A stretch of DNA of 64,000 nucleotides from the human T2T-CHM13v2.0 reference genome, Homo sapiens, in assembly GCF_009914755.1 (NCBI RefSeq), contig NC_060925.1; one strand, written 5' to 3'. The translations under genes were made by a program, and so were the position numbers. The notes under the pieces were generated by a model. That model saw nothing but the letters and a program-made list of their open reading frames with translations. It did no database searches and was not told where the DNA came from. This document shows positions 62,121 to 64,000 of this stretch, in pieces. How positions within the stretch are numbered: position 1 is the first letter of the stretch; each line of letters starts with the position of its first letter.

Positions 62121-62411
62121 GAACTCCTCCTTTATGCTCAGTTCTCAGGAGCCAGGAGATGCAGAGACATAGCCTCACCCAGCAGCTGACACTGTGCAGC
62201 CAGGCAGACTTGCTGCCTTTTGGGCAAGCTGGCCATGCTGAGGAGCACTGATCATCCAAGAGTGAGGGAGTGGGGACTGCCCTGACCCTTTCTGGGTTGG
62301 CAGAAGCCATTTAGTACCCCTGGCACTTCTACCACCTTGCCAGGGCCCCTGAATGGGTATGGTGATGCCAGTCTTCACTCAGCATCGTGGCAGTGACAGG
62401 TGGCAAGGGCA

Positions 62412-62603
62412 TAAGTTTGCTGGATATCATAGTACAGCAAGTGAAATTTGAATCTCAGATAAACAATAAACAAATAAATGTTCAGTATAAGTATGTTTCC
62501 AAAATTGTGTGGGATACACTTATACTTAAAAAGTATTCATTGTTTACTAAATTCAAATTAACTGGGTTTGTCATATTTTTATTTGCTAAATCTAATGACT
62601 CTA
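62412..62603. mobile_element. MER53 palindromic MITE
   Basis: 'aaatttgaatctcagataaacaa...agtataagtatgtttcc...gggatacacttatact...ttgttta..aaattcaaatt...tttttatttgctaaatct'. Confidence 0.88.
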
Positions 62604-62763
62604 CAAGGGAGTGAAGCAAGGCTTACCTCCAGGAACTGATCCTACTAGGCACATAAAATTGCACTTGTGATAGTAGTAGCAACATAATTACTCGGGCAGC
62701 CCAAGCTGGCACCTGTAGGCCCTGCCACATGCTCTCCTTATCCAAGGGAGTCTTATGAGCTGT

Positions 62764-62766
<3 letters not shown>

Positions 62767-62803
<37 letters not shown>
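62767..62803. repeat. (TG)n microsatellite, about 18 units
   Basis: Direct reading. Confidence 0.95.
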
Positions 62804-62804
<1 letters not shown>

Positions 62805-62919
62805 GGAGAGGGGGAAAGGAATACCAATCTTTAACTGAAGGGCACAGGCTTTGGCATCAACACACTAGTTGGCTCATAGCAGAACCCCAATAAATATTTG
62901 AATAAAGAGATGGATGGAT

Positions 62920-63090
62920 AGATTCAAATTGCTGCTCCACAAGCAGAATGACTTTGAACAAGTTACTTATCTCTCCGTCTCAATTTCCTCATTAGTAAAA
63001 TGGGGACATTAAAACCTTCTTGCAGAAGTATTATGAAGACCAAATTTAAAATCTTGTGTGAAGTGTCAAGCACAGGCACTCAACAAATGT
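62920..63090 (+). mobile_element. MIR SINE
   Basis: 'tgactttgaacaagttacttatctctccgtctcaatttcctcattagtaaaatgggga'. Confidence 0.8.
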
Positions 63091-64000
63091 CCCATCCCTG
63101 CCCTGCCTCCCCTGGTCAGCCAGCTTGCATTCCCCCACCCTATCTACCTGTGGCCAACATGAACCAGGAGATTCTCATGGATATAGCATCCTTCTGTAGT
63201 TGCCACCCTGACTTTGGCCCATGAGCTGGGACAACTCAGGGACTGGGCCTGAAGTAGGAATAGAGATGTGCTGACTTCCACCATTTGATTTTATTTTTTT
63301 AATGTAGTGAGTAGAAGGTGGGGCAATCACAAGTGTTGTTCTCCCTAAGTGAGGATAAACTGTCTTTGTAAATTAATATCCATTGACTGACAAGCCTTCA
63401 CTCTCCATCCAAAGGCAGTTTCTGCAGGCCTTCTCAGTGAAGACAGCCACATACAGGCCACAACCTGTGCATTCACAGAGGTGAATTCTAACCAGACAAG
63501 AGGATATCCCACAGCTCTTTTTGCTGACAGCACTTGAGAAACTTCCAAACCACTCCCCAAGCCAAATGAGACCTGGGGTCCCACTGTTTCAGGTGTGCTG
63601 AGGAGGAGGAAGCAGGTGCATCCTTCAGGGCTTGGGTGTGATTTATCATTGTCATCAGCTTGCATTCATATTCCCTTTTCAATTCTACAGTACCTTCTGC
63701 AATGCTGCTTCCTGCTAGGTTCGTCACTACTCTTTTCCCCCAATCAACAGACTCACTTCTTATTCCAAGTCTGCATGTCTCTGCTCATTCCTCTGCTTGG
63801 AAATGCCCTGCCACAGCGCTGCTCCAAGGCCTCTTCTGAGTTCCAGCTAAGGCTGAGCAGCATCCTCTGACCTCTGAAGCCACACAGGGCCCTTACCAGT
63901 CTCAGAGTTCCCAAAGCAGGTGCATCTGCATCCTTCACCTGGGTCCCTTACTAAAATCTGGTTTGAGCTTACTAAGAAACTAGTTCCTCTGAATGCCTTG

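Overview
This is primate, most likely human or hominoid, non-coding genomic DNA, apparently intergenic or deep intronic. It carries AluJ/S/Y, young L1PA 3' ends with target-site duplications (TSDs), THE1, MLT1 and ERV1 solo LTRs, many MIR, L2, L3 and L4 relics, and hAT-type MITEs (MER5, MER30, MER53, MER63, MER102). I see no credible cellular protein-coding gene, CpG island or tRNA/rRNA gene; the only recognisable protein is the C-terminal remnant of L1 ORF2p (47969-48535). The most interesting observations are five. (1) A recurring set of short templated duplications: 197 bp, 47 bp and 63 bp direct copies placed 1.1-1.7 kb from their partners, plus snap-back and chimeric micro-duplications resembling template-switch repair scars. 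(2) A ~1.45 kb 20-21 bp minisatellite with a 396-bp higher-order step, G4-forming potential and about 15 TAATGAGAT (TAATGARAT) motifs. (3) A probable LF-SINE relic. (4) Several repeat-free blocks dense in homeodomain/POU/bHLH motifs that look like developmental enhancers. (5) A few candidate non-coding exons with strong splice sites. Repeat family names come from remembered consensus sequences, and boundaries of old repeats are approximate. I cannot name the locus and found no evidence for a wholly new gene system.
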